Of a stretch of 64,000 bases of DNA, positions 48,218 through 60,982 are shown in pieces. The notes beneath the pieces are model-generated. The model was not told the origin of the DNA. It worked only from the letters and a program-made list of their open reading frames with translations, and made no database searches. The position numbers were made by a program, and so were the translations under genes. Source of the stretch: Ruminococcus sp. (GTDB lineage Bacteria; Bacillota; Clostridia; Oscillospirales; Ruminococcaceae); NCBI GenBank assembly GCA_019420505.1, contig JAHZHC010000016.1, positions 3,838-67,837 of the forward strand, given 5' to 3'. Positions within the stretch are counted from its first letter, which is position 1. Each line of letters starts with the position of its first letter.

Positions 48218-49027
48218 TTAATAAATATTCATTCCGCTGAATATCTCAATCATTTCACGGCGCAGAGAATCTGTAATCTCCAATCTTTGACTTGGTGTAA
48301 GTTCATAAACATCTTTTTTAAATAAATAATTCTGAAGTTCGATGTCCTTAATCAGCATTTTAGTGTGAAAAAAATTGGACTGATATACATTAACGTCTAT
48401 AGCGTCATATTTTGTAAGCGTAGTTTTATCTATATATTCCTGAATTGACGTAATATTGTGATCAATAAAAAATTTTTTCCCCAACACATCTCTTGTAAAG
48501 CCTCTTACACGATAATCTATCGTAATAATATCGGAATCAAAGCTTCCTATAAGATAATTAAGGGCATTCAGAGGTGAAATTGTTCCGCAGGTTGAAACGT
48601 CAATATCTACTCTGAATGTTGAAATAGAATTGTCAGGATGATATTCAGGATAAGTATGAACAGTAAGATGACTTTTGTCAAGGTGTGCATGGAGAGTTTC
48701 ACTCTGAGGAATATAGTTTCCACGATTACATGAAACATCAATGGAATCATCATCAAGTTCTCTTTCTGCAATAAGCACATTTACAGAAGCCCCCTGAGGC
48801 TCATAATCCTGTTTAGATATATTTAAAATCCTCGCCCCAATAATTTCTGTAACATCGCAAAGTATTTTAGTCAAACGCTCAGAATTATATTGTTCATCAA
48901 TATATGCAATATAATCCTTTTGTTCTCTTTCACTTTTTGCATAGCATACATCATAAATATTGAAACTAAGAGTTTTTGTAAGATTATTAAATCCATAAAG
49001 CGTAAGCTTCTGTTCCAACCCTAACAT
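48218..49027 (-). CDS. speD: S-adenosylmethionine decarboxylase proenzyme (E. coli-type)
   Basis: [22 protein letters not shown]...[14 protein letters not shown] closely parallels E. coli SpeD. Confidence 0.9.
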   Translation of the reverse strand: MLGLEQKLTLYGFNNLTKTLSFNIYDVCYAKSEREQKDYIAYIDEQYNSERLTKILCDVTEIIGARILNISKQDYEPQGASVNVLIAERELDDDSIDVSCNRGNYIPQSETLHAHLDKSHLTVHTYPEYHPDNSISTFRVDIDVSTCGTISPLNALNYLIGSFDSDIITIDYRVRGFTRDVLGKKFFIDHNITSIQEYIDKTTLTKYDAIDVNVYQSNFFHTKMLIKDIELQNYLFKKDVYELTPSQRLEITDSLRREMIEIFSGMNIY

Positions 49028-49162
49028 CCCATCCTTTCACAATATCCCGAATTATTTCAGAATACACCATATTAATAGTATAACATATATTTTCTTAATT
49101 GTATATAGTTTTTTTATTTTTTTTACAGATAAAATTACAGTATTAAATAAAAGACAAATTAA

Positions 49163-49211
49163 ACAAAAACGCTGCATATATTATAGAATCCGAATCCATA
49201 TAATGCAGCGC
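49163..49211 (-). terminator. Intrinsic terminator after dgkA
   Basis: Minus strand reads CGCTGCATTATAT ... ATATATGCAGCG followed by TTTTTG. Confidence 0.65.
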
Positions 49212-49225
49212 TCATACAGTTTATT

Positions 49226-49708
49226 TTAATTTTTCACATCATATACAAAAATAAAAATTATCCAAATTAATAAAGACAGAACTAAGCCAAATAAAGCTAA
49301 TAGGTTACTAATAAAAAAATTATATATATTATAGAAAACAGAAACATCCCAAAAAACTTCAACAGCAACAGCCACGGACACTATAGCTGAAACGAGAACA
49401 GCCCCGGCTGATGCATCTTTAGCTTTTTTCGCCAACACATGATATTTAGGAGAACATAAATTAACAACTGATTCAATAGCTGTATTGACCAGCTCAAGTG
49501 AAATAACTATTCCCATTGTCAAAAAAATAATAACTTTCTCAGAATTCGACAAGTCATAAAATTGCATAAATATCAAAACATAAAACGCAGCACAAAGATG
49601 GACTCTCATATTACGTTCAGTTTTTATTGAAGCTATTAATCCATTAAAGGCAAATTTAAAGCTTTTTAAAAATGAAGTCAGACGCTTATTTATTATATTC
49701 ATGTTCAT
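49226..49708 (-). CDS. dgkA: Diacylglycerol/undecaprenol kinase
   Basis: FKFAFNGLIASIKTERNMRVH and ELVNTAIE motifs, with three TM helices. The start is probably an internal Met (about 49708) overlapping the ybeY end. Confidence 0.8.
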   Translation of the reverse strand: MNMNIINKRLTSFLKSFKFAFNGLIASIKTERNMRVHLCAAFYVLIFMQFYDLSNSEKVIIFLTMGIVISLELVNTAIESVVNLCSPKYHVLAKKAKDASAGAVLVSAIVSVAVAVEVFWDVSVFYNIYNFFISNLLALFGLVLSLLIWIIFIFVYDVKN

Positions 49709-50201
49709 CAATAACGAAAGTCGCATCTCGGGAAACACCCAATATATTAAGTATATCTTCTTCCTTTTCACGCATTAATCTTTCCTGAAGCTTCCCCTGT
49801 TCATGGTCATACCCGAAAAGATGAAGCATTGAATGTACTGTTAAAAAGCCGATTTCACGTTCAAGTGAATGACCGTATATCTGGGCTTGCTTAAAAGCCG
49901 TTTCAATAGAAATTACGATATCGCCTAAAAGGCATGCGCCTGTTTCGTTATTTATATCATATTTACCATCCACACCCAACGGAAAAGATAAAACGTCTGT
50001 AGGTCTATCAATATTACGATATTCAAGATTAAGTTCATGGATTCTTTTATCATCAACAAAAGAAACGCTTACTTCAAAATCTCTTTCAAACTTTTCACTG
50101 ACTGCTACAGCATGACAGCATCTTCTTACCAACAGTCTGATTCCTACAGGAATTTTTATTTCTGTCTGATCATTAGTAATTAATACTTTAGCCTTTCCCA
50201 T
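49686..50201 (-). CDS. ybeY: rRNA maturation endoribonuclease YbeY
   Basis: Zinc motif HSMLHLFGYDH. The likely start is MGKAKVLI at 50201. Confidence 0.9.
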   Translation of the reverse strand: MGKAKVLITNDQTEIKIPVGIRLLVRRCCHAVAVSEKFERDFEVSVSFVDDKRIHELNLEYRNIDRPTDVLSFPLGVDGKYDINNETGACLLGDIVISIETAFKQAQIYGHSLEREIGFLTVHSMLHLFGYDHEQGKLQERLMREKEEDILNILGVSRDATFVIDEHEYNK

Positions 50202-51168
50202 AATTATTAATACTTCCCTTCTCGTGATAATTTTCATATGCACGAATAATGTCCTGAACAAGTTTATGCCGAACAACATCTTTTTCTGAAAACTTTATTA
50301 TTGATATATCTTCAATATTTTTTAATACCTTCATAGCTTGTATAAGTCCGGATTTTCTTGAATCAGGCAAATCTATTTGAGTTATATCTCCTGTAATAAC
50401 AATTTTAGAATTAAAACCAAGTCTTGTTAAAAACATTTTCATTTGCTCATGTGTAGTATTCTGAGCCTCATCAAGTATTATAAAAGAATCATCTAATGTT
50501 CTTCCTCTCATATACGCAAGAGGAGCGACTTCAATACAACCTCTTTCCTGCTGTTTAGCAAATGTTTCAGGTCCTAACATATCAAACAAAGCATCATAGA
50601 GAGGTCTTAGATACGGATCAACTTTATTTTGCAGATCACCGGGAAGAAAGCCAAGTTTTTCACCTGCTTCTACAGCCGGTCTTGTTAGAATTATTTTATT
50701 AATTTCATGTGCTCTGAATGCTTTTACAGCCATAGCGACTGAAAGATATGTTTTTCCTGTTCCCGCAGGTCCGACACCAAGGACGATTGTTTTATTTCTG
50801 ATTGCATCAACATATTTTTTCTGACCAAGAGTTTTAGGCTTGACAATTTTACCGCTCATGGTGACACAAATTCCGTCATCACTCAGTTTTTGCAATTCAT
50901 TCTGAGTTCCCTCTTTCACGAGCGAAAACACATATCTGATATTCTGTTCATTTATATTTTCACCTTTATTTGCGAGAGAAATAAGAGCGTCAATTGCTTT
51001 TGAGGCATAATAAACATTTTCTTCATCACCGGTAATTTTGATATCTCCTCCCCGGCTTAGAATAACAACATTATATTCTTTCTGTATAAGGTTTACATTT
51101 TCATCATAATTACCGAAAAGATTAAGAATAAGCTCCATTCTATCAACATTCAAGGTTTTTTCAATCAT
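50188..51168 (-). CDS. phoH: PhoH-family ATPase
   Basis: Walker A GPAGTGKTYL, with ILDEAQN and GDITQIDL motifs. Confidence 0.9.
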   Translation of the reverse strand: MIEKTLNVDRMELILNLFGNYDENVNLIQKEYNVVILSRGGDIKITGDEENVYYASKAIDALISLANKGENINEQNIRYVFSLVKEGTQNELQKLSDDGICVTMSGKIVKPKTLGQKKYVDAIRNKTIVLGVGPAGTGKTYLSVAMAVKAFRAHEINKIILTRPAVEAGEKLGFLPGDLQNKVDPYLRPLYDALFDMLGPETFAKQQERGCIEVAPLAYMRGRTLDDSFIILDEAQNTTHEQMKMFLTRLGFNSKIVITGDITQIDLPDSRKSGLIQAMKVLKNIEDISIIKFSEKDVVRHKLVQDIIRAYENYHEKGSINNYGKG

Positions 51169-51261
51169 TCAACACAACATCCTATTCCAAAGTTATTAAA
51201 ATTAGTATATCACAATAAATAAAAAAATGCAATGAACTTCTGTTGTTTTTACTAAAAGTTT

Positions 51262-52449
51262 TTATTTTTTTATAAAAAATTCGTTTTCTTCACCTATATC
51301 GCCATATAGCATATATGTAGCAGTCAGTGTAATACCATCATCTGTAATTTCTTTTTGCACATCCTCGTTTTTTATTTCATAATCCGAAAAAAAGTTATTT
51401 TTGTAGTTTTTCAACTTTTTTTCTGCTTCTTTTGTGGCTTCATTCTCTGTTAAAACTGTATCTTCATAATTAAACTCATTTAGACTGACTTTTTTTATTC
51501 CTATAGGAAAATCAAAACCCAAAATAGAGAAATTTTTATATTTTGTCTCAGATATGAACTCTCCTTTAGGAAAACTAATAAACATAGGAATATCTGTATC
51601 AAATAATTTAAAATATTTTTTATTTATGGTTTTATTTGATACAACTTTTTTTGTTTCTTTATACGGCTGAAATACAGCAATCGTTTCTTCAAAGGTTCCA
51701 TAAATATTGGCTAAAGATCTGACATACTTAGTATGCGTTTCTTTTACTTCTTTTCCATCTTTGTATCTGACTTTTTCATTAACAACTACCCCGCTTACTA
51801 AAGTTTCTCCTTTTAAAACTGCACTGCCTACAGTCGTTTTAAGTTCACCGTCAAACACCTCTGCTTTATCAATTACTGCATCTCTTTTTGCTACAAGATT
51901 TGAAGGAAGCCGATTGCTTTGCATTTTCGGTTTTGGTATGTTTTCTACAATATCTATAGTTAAAGTAGAACCGCTGATTGATATTCCTGCCCAAGAAATC
52001 CCTTCAACCTTTTGTTTTAATTCCCTTTCAAGATTAACACAATTCAGATTTGGAATATAGCTTCCTGTACCGGCATTGTTCTCTTTTAATACAGATAATA
52101 TATCATTCTTTATTACACTGTTATCAGACAATATTTTGATTTTTAAAACAAAATTGGACAGAACAAAACATGATATAATAATAAGAGCAACACCTGTAAC
52201 AATGCCAATATGTTTTTTAAAACGTGAAATATAAATTAAAAAACCTTTTTTATTTTTAACTTCGTAATCCAGATTCAGATCATCACACAATAACTTTACA
52301 CGCTCAGCATATTCAACAGAGATTTTAAATGTTAAGACACCTTTTATTTCTTTCAGATTAACACACGGAAGCCTTTGTTCCATAATTTGATTATAAAATT
52401 TTGTATAGTTATCTCCTATTATTGAAAAATTAGCATATCCGAAAATCAT
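51262..52449 (-). CDS. yqfD: Sporulation protein YqfD
   Basis: 395 aa with a central TM segment. It has conserved position after yqfC and before phoH, and its N-terminal region is like YqfD. Confidence 0.8.
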   Translation of the reverse strand: MIFGYANFSIIGDNYTKFYNQIMEQRLPCVNLKEIKGVLTFKISVEYAERVKLLCDDLNLDYEVKNKKGFLIYISRFKKHIGIVTGVALIIISCFVLSNFVLKIKILSDNSVIKNDILSVLKENNAGTGSYIPNLNCVNLERELKQKVEGISWAGISISGSTLTIDIVENIPKPKMQSNRLPSNLVAKRDAVIDKAEVFDGELKTTVGSAVLKGETLVSGVVVNEKVRYKDGKEVKETHTKYVRSLANIYGTFEETIAVFQPYKETKKVVSNKTINKKYFKLFDTDIPMFISFPKGEFISETKYKNFSILGFDFPIGIKKVSLNEFNYEDTVLTENEATKEAEKKLKNYKNNFFSDYEIKNEDVQKEITDDGITLTATYMLYGDIGEENEFFIKK

Positions 52450-52733
52450 TTATCTTTCTCCCTTTTGCTTCTTAGAGTTAAATTTATGCTTTCAATTATC
52501 CCACGCACCTCAACACATTCGGTACAATAATTGTTTAAAAATAAATCCTTTCCCCATATTTCCACCTCAAAATTACCTGTTAATATCCTTGCCAATACTT
52601 CATTACATTCTAATATTTGTTTGCAATTTTCTATAACTGCTGCTTTATTATCAAGAATTGTAATATGAGAATTTAGACTCATAAATTCTTTGGCCTTTAC
52701 GGCAAATTTTATTTTAGTATCAGGTTTATTCAT
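52446..52733 (-). CDS. yqfC: Sporulation protein YqfC (YabP family)
   Basis: 95 aa with a YabP-like beta-rich sequence. It has a 4-nt overlap with yqfD. Confidence 0.8.
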   Translation of the reverse strand: MNKPDTKIKFAVKAKEFMSLNSHITILDNKAAVIENCKQILECNEVLARILTGNFEVEIWGKDLFLNNYCTECVEVRGIIESINLTLRSKREKDK

Positions 52734-52821
52734 TATAATTTCCTCCGCATTTCGTTTGTATATTATATTAATGAATTTAATTACATATACTTAAAATATG
52801 TTAATGGAGGTATATTCGATC

Positions 52822-53940
52822 ATGAAAAGAATTTTTAAAGAATTAATAATTTATCTTGCAGCCGGTTTAACAGTCTGGTTATGTATTCTAATTATATCTA
52901 AAGGTAACAGCATATTTTCTCAAACAACGAAAGCTATTGAGAGATGTTTAAATGTTATAATTCCCTCATTGTTCTCTTTCATGGCTATATCAGCAATTAT
53001 TATTAATACTAAGCTCTATTTGTATATTTCAAAACCTTTTTATCCAATTACAAAATACATAATGAAAATGCCTAATAATTTATTTTTTATATTCCTTTTA
53101 GGTAATATTTCGGGATATCCTGTAGGTGCAAAATTGCTTGTTGAACTAAAAAATAAAGGGGTTATTGACAAAAAAACTGCTGAAATCATGAGTTGTTTCT
53201 GTTATGGAGGCGGACCGGCTTTTTTTACAGGAGTTATTGGTTTAACTGTTTATAATAACACTAAAATCGGTATGATTATTTTTTTATCAGTGATTATTTC
53301 TAATTTTTTATTAGCCTGCATAATGTGCAGAATATTTAATCTTAAATGTTCTGAAACTGATAAAAAAATTATATTTAATTCTGATAATATTATTCAGGCA
53401 ATTATATCTACCGGAAAATCATTATTTATCATATGCATAACAATTATATTTTTTGCAGTATTTATGGCACTTTTTGATAATGAAAGCATAGTTGGACTAA
53501 TAAAGCAATCAGGTTTATCGCAAGATATTGATATTTTAATAAAATCATTCTTAGAGATATCTAACATATCTGATATTTCACCAAAATCACTTGATATTAT
53601 TCCATTAATAGCAGGCATTTGTTCGTTTGGCGGAGTATGCGTTTTAATGCAGGTAAAGGCTATTGTAAGGAATACTTATTCTTTAAAGCTTTTCTTTTTC
53701 TCAAGAATAGTTGGTTTTACATTATCAACTATAATTTGCAATATAATTTTGCACTATTTTCATGAAAAAATTGTTACTGCTTCTTCAGAAAAAATAATTA
53801 TATCATCTGTTCCGAATAACATTATACCTTCAATTTGCCTTATTTCAATGATATTTATTATAGGCCTTAGAGAACAAATTAATTTCTCTTCAAAAAGAAA
53901 AAAGCTGTCTTCACATGACATGAAAACAGCTCAATACTGA
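52822..53940 (+). CDS. Polytopic membrane protein, YlbJ-like (nucleoside-recognition/Gate type)
   Basis: About 10 hydrophobic segments. Size and composition resemble the sporulation membrane protein YlbJ. I prefer the start at 52822, after GGAGGT. Confidence 0.5.
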   Translation: MKRIFKELIIYLAAGLTVWLCILIISKGNSIFSQTTKAIERCLNVIIPSLFSFMAISAIIINTKLYLYISKPFYPITKYIMKMPNNLFFIFLLGNISGYPVGAKLLVELKNKGVIDKKTAEIMSCFCYGGGPAFFTGVIGLTVYNNTKIGMIIFLSVIISNFLLACIMCRIFNLKCSETDKKIIFNSDNIIQAIISTGKSLFIICITIIFFAVFMALFDNESIVGLIKQSGLSQDIDILIKSFLEISNISDISPKSLDIIPLIAGICSFGGVCVLMQVKAIVRNTYSLKLFFFSRIVGFTLSTIICNIILHYFHEKIVTASSEKIIISSVPNNIIPSICLISMIFIIGLREQINFSSKRKKLSSHDMKTAQY

Positions 53941-53947
53941 ATTAATA

Positions 53948-55390
53948 TTAAATATTATCAAGTTTTCTACTTATAATTCCTTTCATCATTCCAGGATTTG
54001 CTTTTCCTTTAGAAGCTTTCATACACTGTCCTACAAGGAATCCAAGAGCATTTGTCTTACCATTCTTAAAATCTGAAACCGATTTTTCATTGGAAGCTAA
54101 CACTTCATCAGCAATTTTTTCCAACATTGCTGTATCAGATACCTGAGCAAGTCCCAACTCATCTACAAGCTTCTTTACATCCTTATCTTCTTCAAGAATA
54201 ACTGCAAAAATCTTTTTTCCGCCGGCATTAGAAATAGTTTTGCTCTCAATCAATCCTACAAGTTCAGTAAGATTATCTGCATTAATTTTTGTGTCAGATA
54301 ATTTTTTACCTGTTTCGTTTAAATGCTTGACTAAATCTCCTAAAATCCATACAGAATAGGATTTAGCAGGATACTTGTTCTTTTTGAGACAAGAGTCGAA
54401 AAGTGAAGCTAACTCAACAGATTCCGCAATAAATGTTGCTTCCTTCTGAGGCAGATTCCAATCCTTAACATACCTCATGATCTTAGCATTCGGCAACTCA
54501 GGAATTTCTGCTTTGAGCTTATCTACTCTCTCCTGATCAACCACTATGGTAAGCAGGTCCGGTTCAGGAAAATACCTGTAATCCTGTGCATCCTCTTTTG
54601 AACGCATTGATACACTTATTCCCTTAACATCATCCCAGCGCCTTGTTTCCTGCACAATAGTACCGCCGTTTTCAAGCACTTCAATCTGACGGTTAACTTC
54701 ATAATCTATTCCCCTGACAGCAGCTGAAAAACTATTTACGTTTTTCATTTCAGAACGTGTTCCCATAGGTTCTCCGGGCTTATGAACAGAAACGTTTACA
54801 TCGCATCTGATTGAACCCTCCTGCATTTTACAGTCACATATATCAAGATACTGCAAAATTGATTTTAAAGTTTCAAGATAAGCTTTTGCTTCAGCAGAAC
54901 TTCTCATATCCGGTTCAGAAACAATCTCAATTAATGGCACTCCGCATCTGTTTAAATCCACCAAAGAGCAGCCATCAAATTTATCAGAATGAAGAAGCTT
55001 ACCTGCGTCCTCTTCTATATGAATACGAGTAATGCCTATTCTACGATCTTCACCATTTACCATAATGTCAACATAACCATTTTCACATAAAGGTACTTCC
55101 GCCTGGGAAATCTGATATGCTTTAGGTAGGTCAGGATAAAAGTAATTTTTTCTATCCTGTTTACAAATACGGTTTATATTACAATTTAAAGCATGACCCA
55201 TTTTTATTGCATAATCTACAACAGTTTCATTTAATGTAGGCAGTGCGCCCGGCATTCCCATACAAATCGGACAAACCTGAGAATTAACCTCAAGACCAAA
55301 CTGGTTTTTGCAATCACAATATATTTTAGAATCGGTATTTAATTCAGCATGAGTTTCAAGACCGATTACGACTTCATAACCATTTACCAT
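53948..55390 (-). CDS. gatB: Asp/Glu-tRNA amidotransferase subunit B
   Basis: VIGLETHAEL and CPICMGMPGALP, plus a C-terminal YqeY-like domain. Confidence 0.95.
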   Translation of the reverse strand: MVNGYEVVIGLETHAELNTDSKIYCDCKNQFGLEVNSQVCPICMGMPGALPTLNETVVDYAIKMGHALNCNINRICKQDRKNYFYPDLPKAYQISQAEVPLCENGYVDIMVNGEDRRIGITRIHIEEDAGKLLHSDKFDGCSLVDLNRCGVPLIEIVSEPDMRSSAEAKAYLETLKSILQYLDICDCKMQEGSIRCDVNVSVHKPGEPMGTRSEMKNVNSFSAAVRGIDYEVNRQIEVLENGGTIVQETRRWDDVKGISVSMRSKEDAQDYRYFPEPDLLTIVVDQERVDKLKAEIPELPNAKIMRYVKDWNLPQKEATFIAESVELASLFDSCLKKNKYPAKSYSVWILGDLVKHLNETGKKLSDTKINADNLTELVGLIESKTISNAGGKKIFAVILEEDKDVKKLVDELGLAQVSDTAMLEKIADEVLASNEKSVSDFKNGKTNALGFLVGQCMKASKGKANPGMMKGIISRKLDNI

Positions 55391-55409
55391 TTACAACAAA
55401 CTCCTTTCC

Positions 55410-56867
55410 TTAAAGTTTCGGCATTTTAAATCCACCACAGAAATTTTCATAAGCATAAGCTGTATTTAAAAGCGTCTGTTCTGTGAATTTGTTGCCTATA
55501 AGCTGCAATCCGATAGGAAGTTTATTGCTGTCAGTTCCACAAGGAATCGACACGGCAGGAAGACCTGCTATATTTACAGTTACCGTACAAATGTCCGTAG
55601 CATACATTTTTAACGGATCATCTATATTTTCACCTATTTTAAAAGCTGTTGTAGGGACAGTAGGTGCTGCAATTATATCTATATCTTTAAATGCACTGTT
55701 AAATTCTTCGGAAATTCTTTTTTGTAAAAGCTTAGCTTTACCGTAATATGCATCATAGAAACCTGAACTTAAAACAAAAGTGCCAAGCATTATACGTCTT
55801 TTAACTTCATCACCAAAACCTTCAGAACGAGTCTTTTCATACATATCAATAAGACTGTTATAGTTTTCAGCACGGTAACCGTATCTTACGCCATCAAAGC
55901 GGGCAAGATTTGATGATGCCTCAGCTGATGATATAATGTAATATGCTGAAAGTGCATAATCGGTTGAAGGTAATGAGATTTCTTTTACAACAGCTCCCTG
56001 CTTCTCCAATTCTTTAACTGCATTAAGTACAGAACCCTTTACTTCGTCATCAATACCCTCTCCAAAATACTCATTTGGAATACCTATTTTAAGTCCTTTT
56101 ACATCTGACTTAAGATTTGCAGACAAATCTGTATAGTCCCTATATGCTGATGTAGCGTCCATTCTGTCATGTCCGTTAATTACAGACTGAACCATAGCAA
56201 CATCTTTTACACATTTTCCTATAGGTCCGATTTGATCAAGTGATGACGCAAAAGCTACAAGTCCAAAACGGGATACTGCACCATATGTAGGCTTTAACCC
56301 TACCACTCCGCAATAGGAAGCCGGCTGTCTGATGGATCCTCCTGTATCAGATCCCAATGAAACAACAGCTTCGCAGGCAGCTACAGCAGCGGCAGAACCT
56401 CCGGAAGAACCTCCCGGAATTCTGTCAAGTGCATGAGGATTACATGTAGGCTTAAAATATGACGTTTCTGTTGAAGAACCCATAGCAAACTCATCCATAT
56501 TAAGCTTACCTGTTATTACAGCACCCGCATCATTTAATTTATTAATTACTGTTGCATTAAACGGGGGTACATAATTATTAAGCATTTTAGATGAACAAGT
56601 TGTTTTCAATCCTTTAGTAGATATATTGTCTTTAATACCCATTGGTATTCCGGCTAAATCTGACAATGATTCTTGATTTGCTCTTTTTTTATCAATTTCA
56701 GCAGCAGTTTCAAGTGCGTTTTCTTCATTTAATGTAACATAAGAATTCACCTTATTCTCTACTGATTTAATGCGGTCGAAAACCGATTTAGTTAATTCCA
56801 CTGAACTTATTTCTTTATTTTTAAGCATGTCTGATAATTCATATGCATTTCTTTCAAAAAGCTCCAA
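55410..56867 (-). CDS. gatA: Asp/Glu-tRNA amidotransferase subunit A
   Basis: Amidase signature [12 protein letters not shown]...[12 protein letters not shown]. Confidence 0.95.
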   Translation of the reverse strand: MELFERNAYELSDMLKNKEISSVELTKSVFDRIKSVENKVNSYVTLNEENALETAAEIDKKRANQESLSDLAGIPMGIKDNISTKGLKTTCSSKMLNNYVPPFNATVINKLNDAGAVITGKLNMDEFAMGSSTETSYFKPTCNPHALDRIPGGSSGGSAAAVAACEAVVSLGSDTGGSIRQPASYCGVVGLKPTYGAVSRFGLVAFASSLDQIGPIGKCVKDVAMVQSVINGHDRMDATSAYRDYTDLSANLKSDVKGLKIGIPNEYFGEGIDDEVKGSVLNAVKELEKQGAVVKEISLPSTDYALSAYYIISSAEASSNLARFDGVRYGYRAENYNSLIDMYEKTRSEGFGDEVKRRIMLGTFVLSSGFYDAYYGKAKLLQKRISEEFNSAFKDIDIIAAPTVPTTAFKIGENIDDPLKMYATDICTVTVNIAGLPAVSIPCGTDSNKLPIGLQLIGNKFTEQTLLNTAYAYENFCGGFKMPKL

Positions 56868-56880
56868 ATCTAGACCTCCT

Positions 56881-57150
56881 CTATTCTACAGTTTTAGGAA
56901 CAACAAGACAGCCTGCTTTAACCTGCGGTGCATTTGCCATAAGTTCCTGTCTTGAATATTTACCTGTTACTGCTTCGTCTTTTCTTAAAATCATTGAATT
57001 GCTTTCATCCAAAGCCATTTTCTCATCAATATCGGGCAGCTTTTCTACCATATTGACAATATTCTGCATTTGATTTTCAAATTCCTCAAGCTTATCATCT
57101 TCTATTTTGAGTCGGGATAGCTTTGCAATATGCTTAATATCAATATTCAT
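56881..57150 (-). CDS. gatC: Asp/Glu-tRNA amidotransferase subunit C
   Basis: 89 aa. [12 protein letters not shown] at the N-terminus, and its position upstream of gatA. Confidence 0.9.
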   Translation of the reverse strand: MNIDIKHIAKLSRLKIEDDKLEEFENQMQNIVNMVEKLPDIDEKMALDESNSMILRKDEAVTGKYSRQELMANAPQVKAGCLVVPKTVE

Positions 57151-57160
57151 ATTTCTCCTC

Positions 57161-59170
<2,010 letters not shown>

Positions 59171-59337
59171 TTATTATACCACATACGTATAAAAAATACA
59201 AGAGATTTAATCAAGTTTTAATTGATTCAAAGATGTTTGACCAATTTTTCATCAGACATTTAAAATTAAACTTCAACACACTTTATGGTAAAGCTTTATT
59301 TGATAAGATTATAAGAATCAACATGAATCTAAAATAA

Positions 59338-59380
59338 AAATGATGACCGACACTGTTTTGTGTCTGTCATCATTTTTTTA
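59338..59380. terminator. Terminator hairpin downstream of hsp20
   Basis: ATGATGACCGACAC-tgttttg-TGTCTGTCATCAT flanked by A-runs and T-runs. Confidence 0.7.
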
Positions 59381-59408
59381 TTTCACAATAATACGTATAT
59401 TATTCATT

Positions 59409-59828
59409 TTACTTTATTTCAATTCTTTTCGTTTCTGAATGTTCTTCTGACTTTTTCGGTAAAATTAATTTTAGTATACCATTAGTATAAGAGGCATCAA
59501 TTTCACTTTCATTGATATTTGAAATATCAAAGCTTCTGCAATATGAACCATAGCTTCTTTCCCTGCGGATATATTCTCCATTGCTGTTCTTCTGATTATT
59601 TTCAAACTTGTGTTCTGCACATAAAGTCAAAATACTTCCGCTTATATCAATTTTTATATCGTTTTTATCAAAGCCGGGCATTTCACACTCAAGTATATAT
59701 TTACTGCCCTCGTCCTTAATATCAGTACGACAATTACCGATAGTTCCAAAGCCCTTAAAAAACTCCTTTTCAAAATCACCAAACGGATTCCAAAAACTAT
59801 TTCTCTCAAACGGTGTAATATTAAACAT
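59409..59828 (-). CDS. Hsp20/alpha-crystallin family small heat-shock protein
   Basis: 139 aa with an alpha-crystallin domain (DIKDEGSKYILECEMPGFDKNDIKI...GILKLILPK). Confidence 0.9.
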   Translation of the reverse strand: MFNITPFERNSFWNPFGDFEKEFFKGFGTIGNCRTDIKDEGSKYILECEMPGFDKNDIKIDISGSILTLCAEHKFENNQKNSNGEYIRRERSYGSYCRSFDISNINESEIDASYTNGILKLILPKKSEEHSETKRIEIK

Positions 59829-60067
59829 AGAAAAACCTCCTTTTTAATATTATTGTATTTTTCTGATTTATTATTCGTTACATTCTTATTGAATACTTTC
59901 TTTATAACGCTGCCTTTTATCATGGAAATTCAAACATATTACAGAAAAATACACTTTGATTTTTTACGTTTTATGGAATAATTAAGGTGCATTAAAAGCG
60001 GGAAAGTATTAATAAAACACTGATGAACTTTATCCGTAATTTGTTTAATTTTTAATACAGACATATC

Positions 60068-60982
60068 TTATATCTTTTTGAAAGATTTTTGTACACCCTG
60101 TATCATAATATCATCAGGTTTGACATTCCCCAACAGTAATGGTGAAGTCGGATCATGATATTTAAAATTTTCAAATGCTTTACGGGGATTTTTATTCGCA
60201 TAGCAATATTTGCATCCGTTCATGCAGGTATCATATGCACCTATATCACGACTCTCAATGCAATGACACCCCTGTCTTGAGCCTTTATGCTTTAAGTTCT
60301 TAAATACGATTCCATTTGCACTACCGAGAATATCCAGTGTCATACAACCGGACTTTTGAATGCCGTAACTGGTAAAATCCCCGTCTGTTCCACAAGTCTT
60401 AATACATATTCCGAATTTTTCGGCAATAGTACCAAGACCCTTTGCCAGCGTTATCATATCCTGCTCAGAAAGTGGTATAAGTTCCGGCATATTATATTCC
60501 AGCTTTTTATACATCTCAACAAAACTGAAAATACATCGGTCAATATAAGGCGCAAGCATCTTTGCAATACTCTCAAAGGTTTTAAGATGTCGCTCTATGG
60601 TGTAATTCCTTGTCAGCAAAACAGGGTCATATCTCCACGCAATACGCTGTTTGCCCACTTGTTTTGATAATTCTATCAGTGTCATTATACTATTCCCAAT
60701 AGACGGCACACCCGGCTCGATATCCTTTCCATAAGCAGTAATGGTATAGTGAAAATAGGTATTAAATTTATCTGTAATTTCATGTAATCTTGGCAGTATG
60801 GGTTTAAAATTTTTAGAGCAGAAAACCACGCAGTCTACTTTATCAGGTGTCAGCTCGTAGCGTGTTACCTTGTTCGGAAAAAGCGGATTGCGTGAGAGAA
60901 CATAGCCCTCAGAAAAGCGATTTAAAAGCCATTCGGTATAATATTGTACGGTATCTGTCCGTCCTCCTGTATTAATAATCAT
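60068..60982 (-). CDS. DUF1848 family protein
   Basis: The N-terminus RTDTVQYYTEWLLNRFSEGYVLSRNP and the C-terminal Cys cluster CHCIESRDIGAYDTCMNGCKYCYAN match my memory of DUF1848. Confidence 0.75.
   Translation of the reverse strand: MIINTGGRTDTVQYYTEWLLNRFSEGYVLSRNPLFPNKVTRYELTPDKVDCVVFCSKNFKPILPRLHEITDKFNTYFHYTITAYGKDIEPGVPSIGNSIMTLIELSKQVGKQRIAWRYDPVLLTRNYTIERHLKTFESIAKMLAPYIDRCIFSFVEMYKKLEYNMPELIPLSEQDMITLAKGLGTIAEKFGICIKTCGTDGDFTSYGIQKSGCMTLDILGSANGIVFKNLKHKGSRQGCHCIESRDIGAYDTCMNGCKYCYANKNPRKAFENFKYHDPTSPLLLGNVKPDDIMIQGVQKSFKKI

Noticed and set aside
59829-60067. CIRCE (TTAGCACTC-N9-GAGTGCTAA) or another heat-shock operator upstream of hsp20.
   Set aside because: No such inverted repeat is present, and I could not identify a convincing promoter either.
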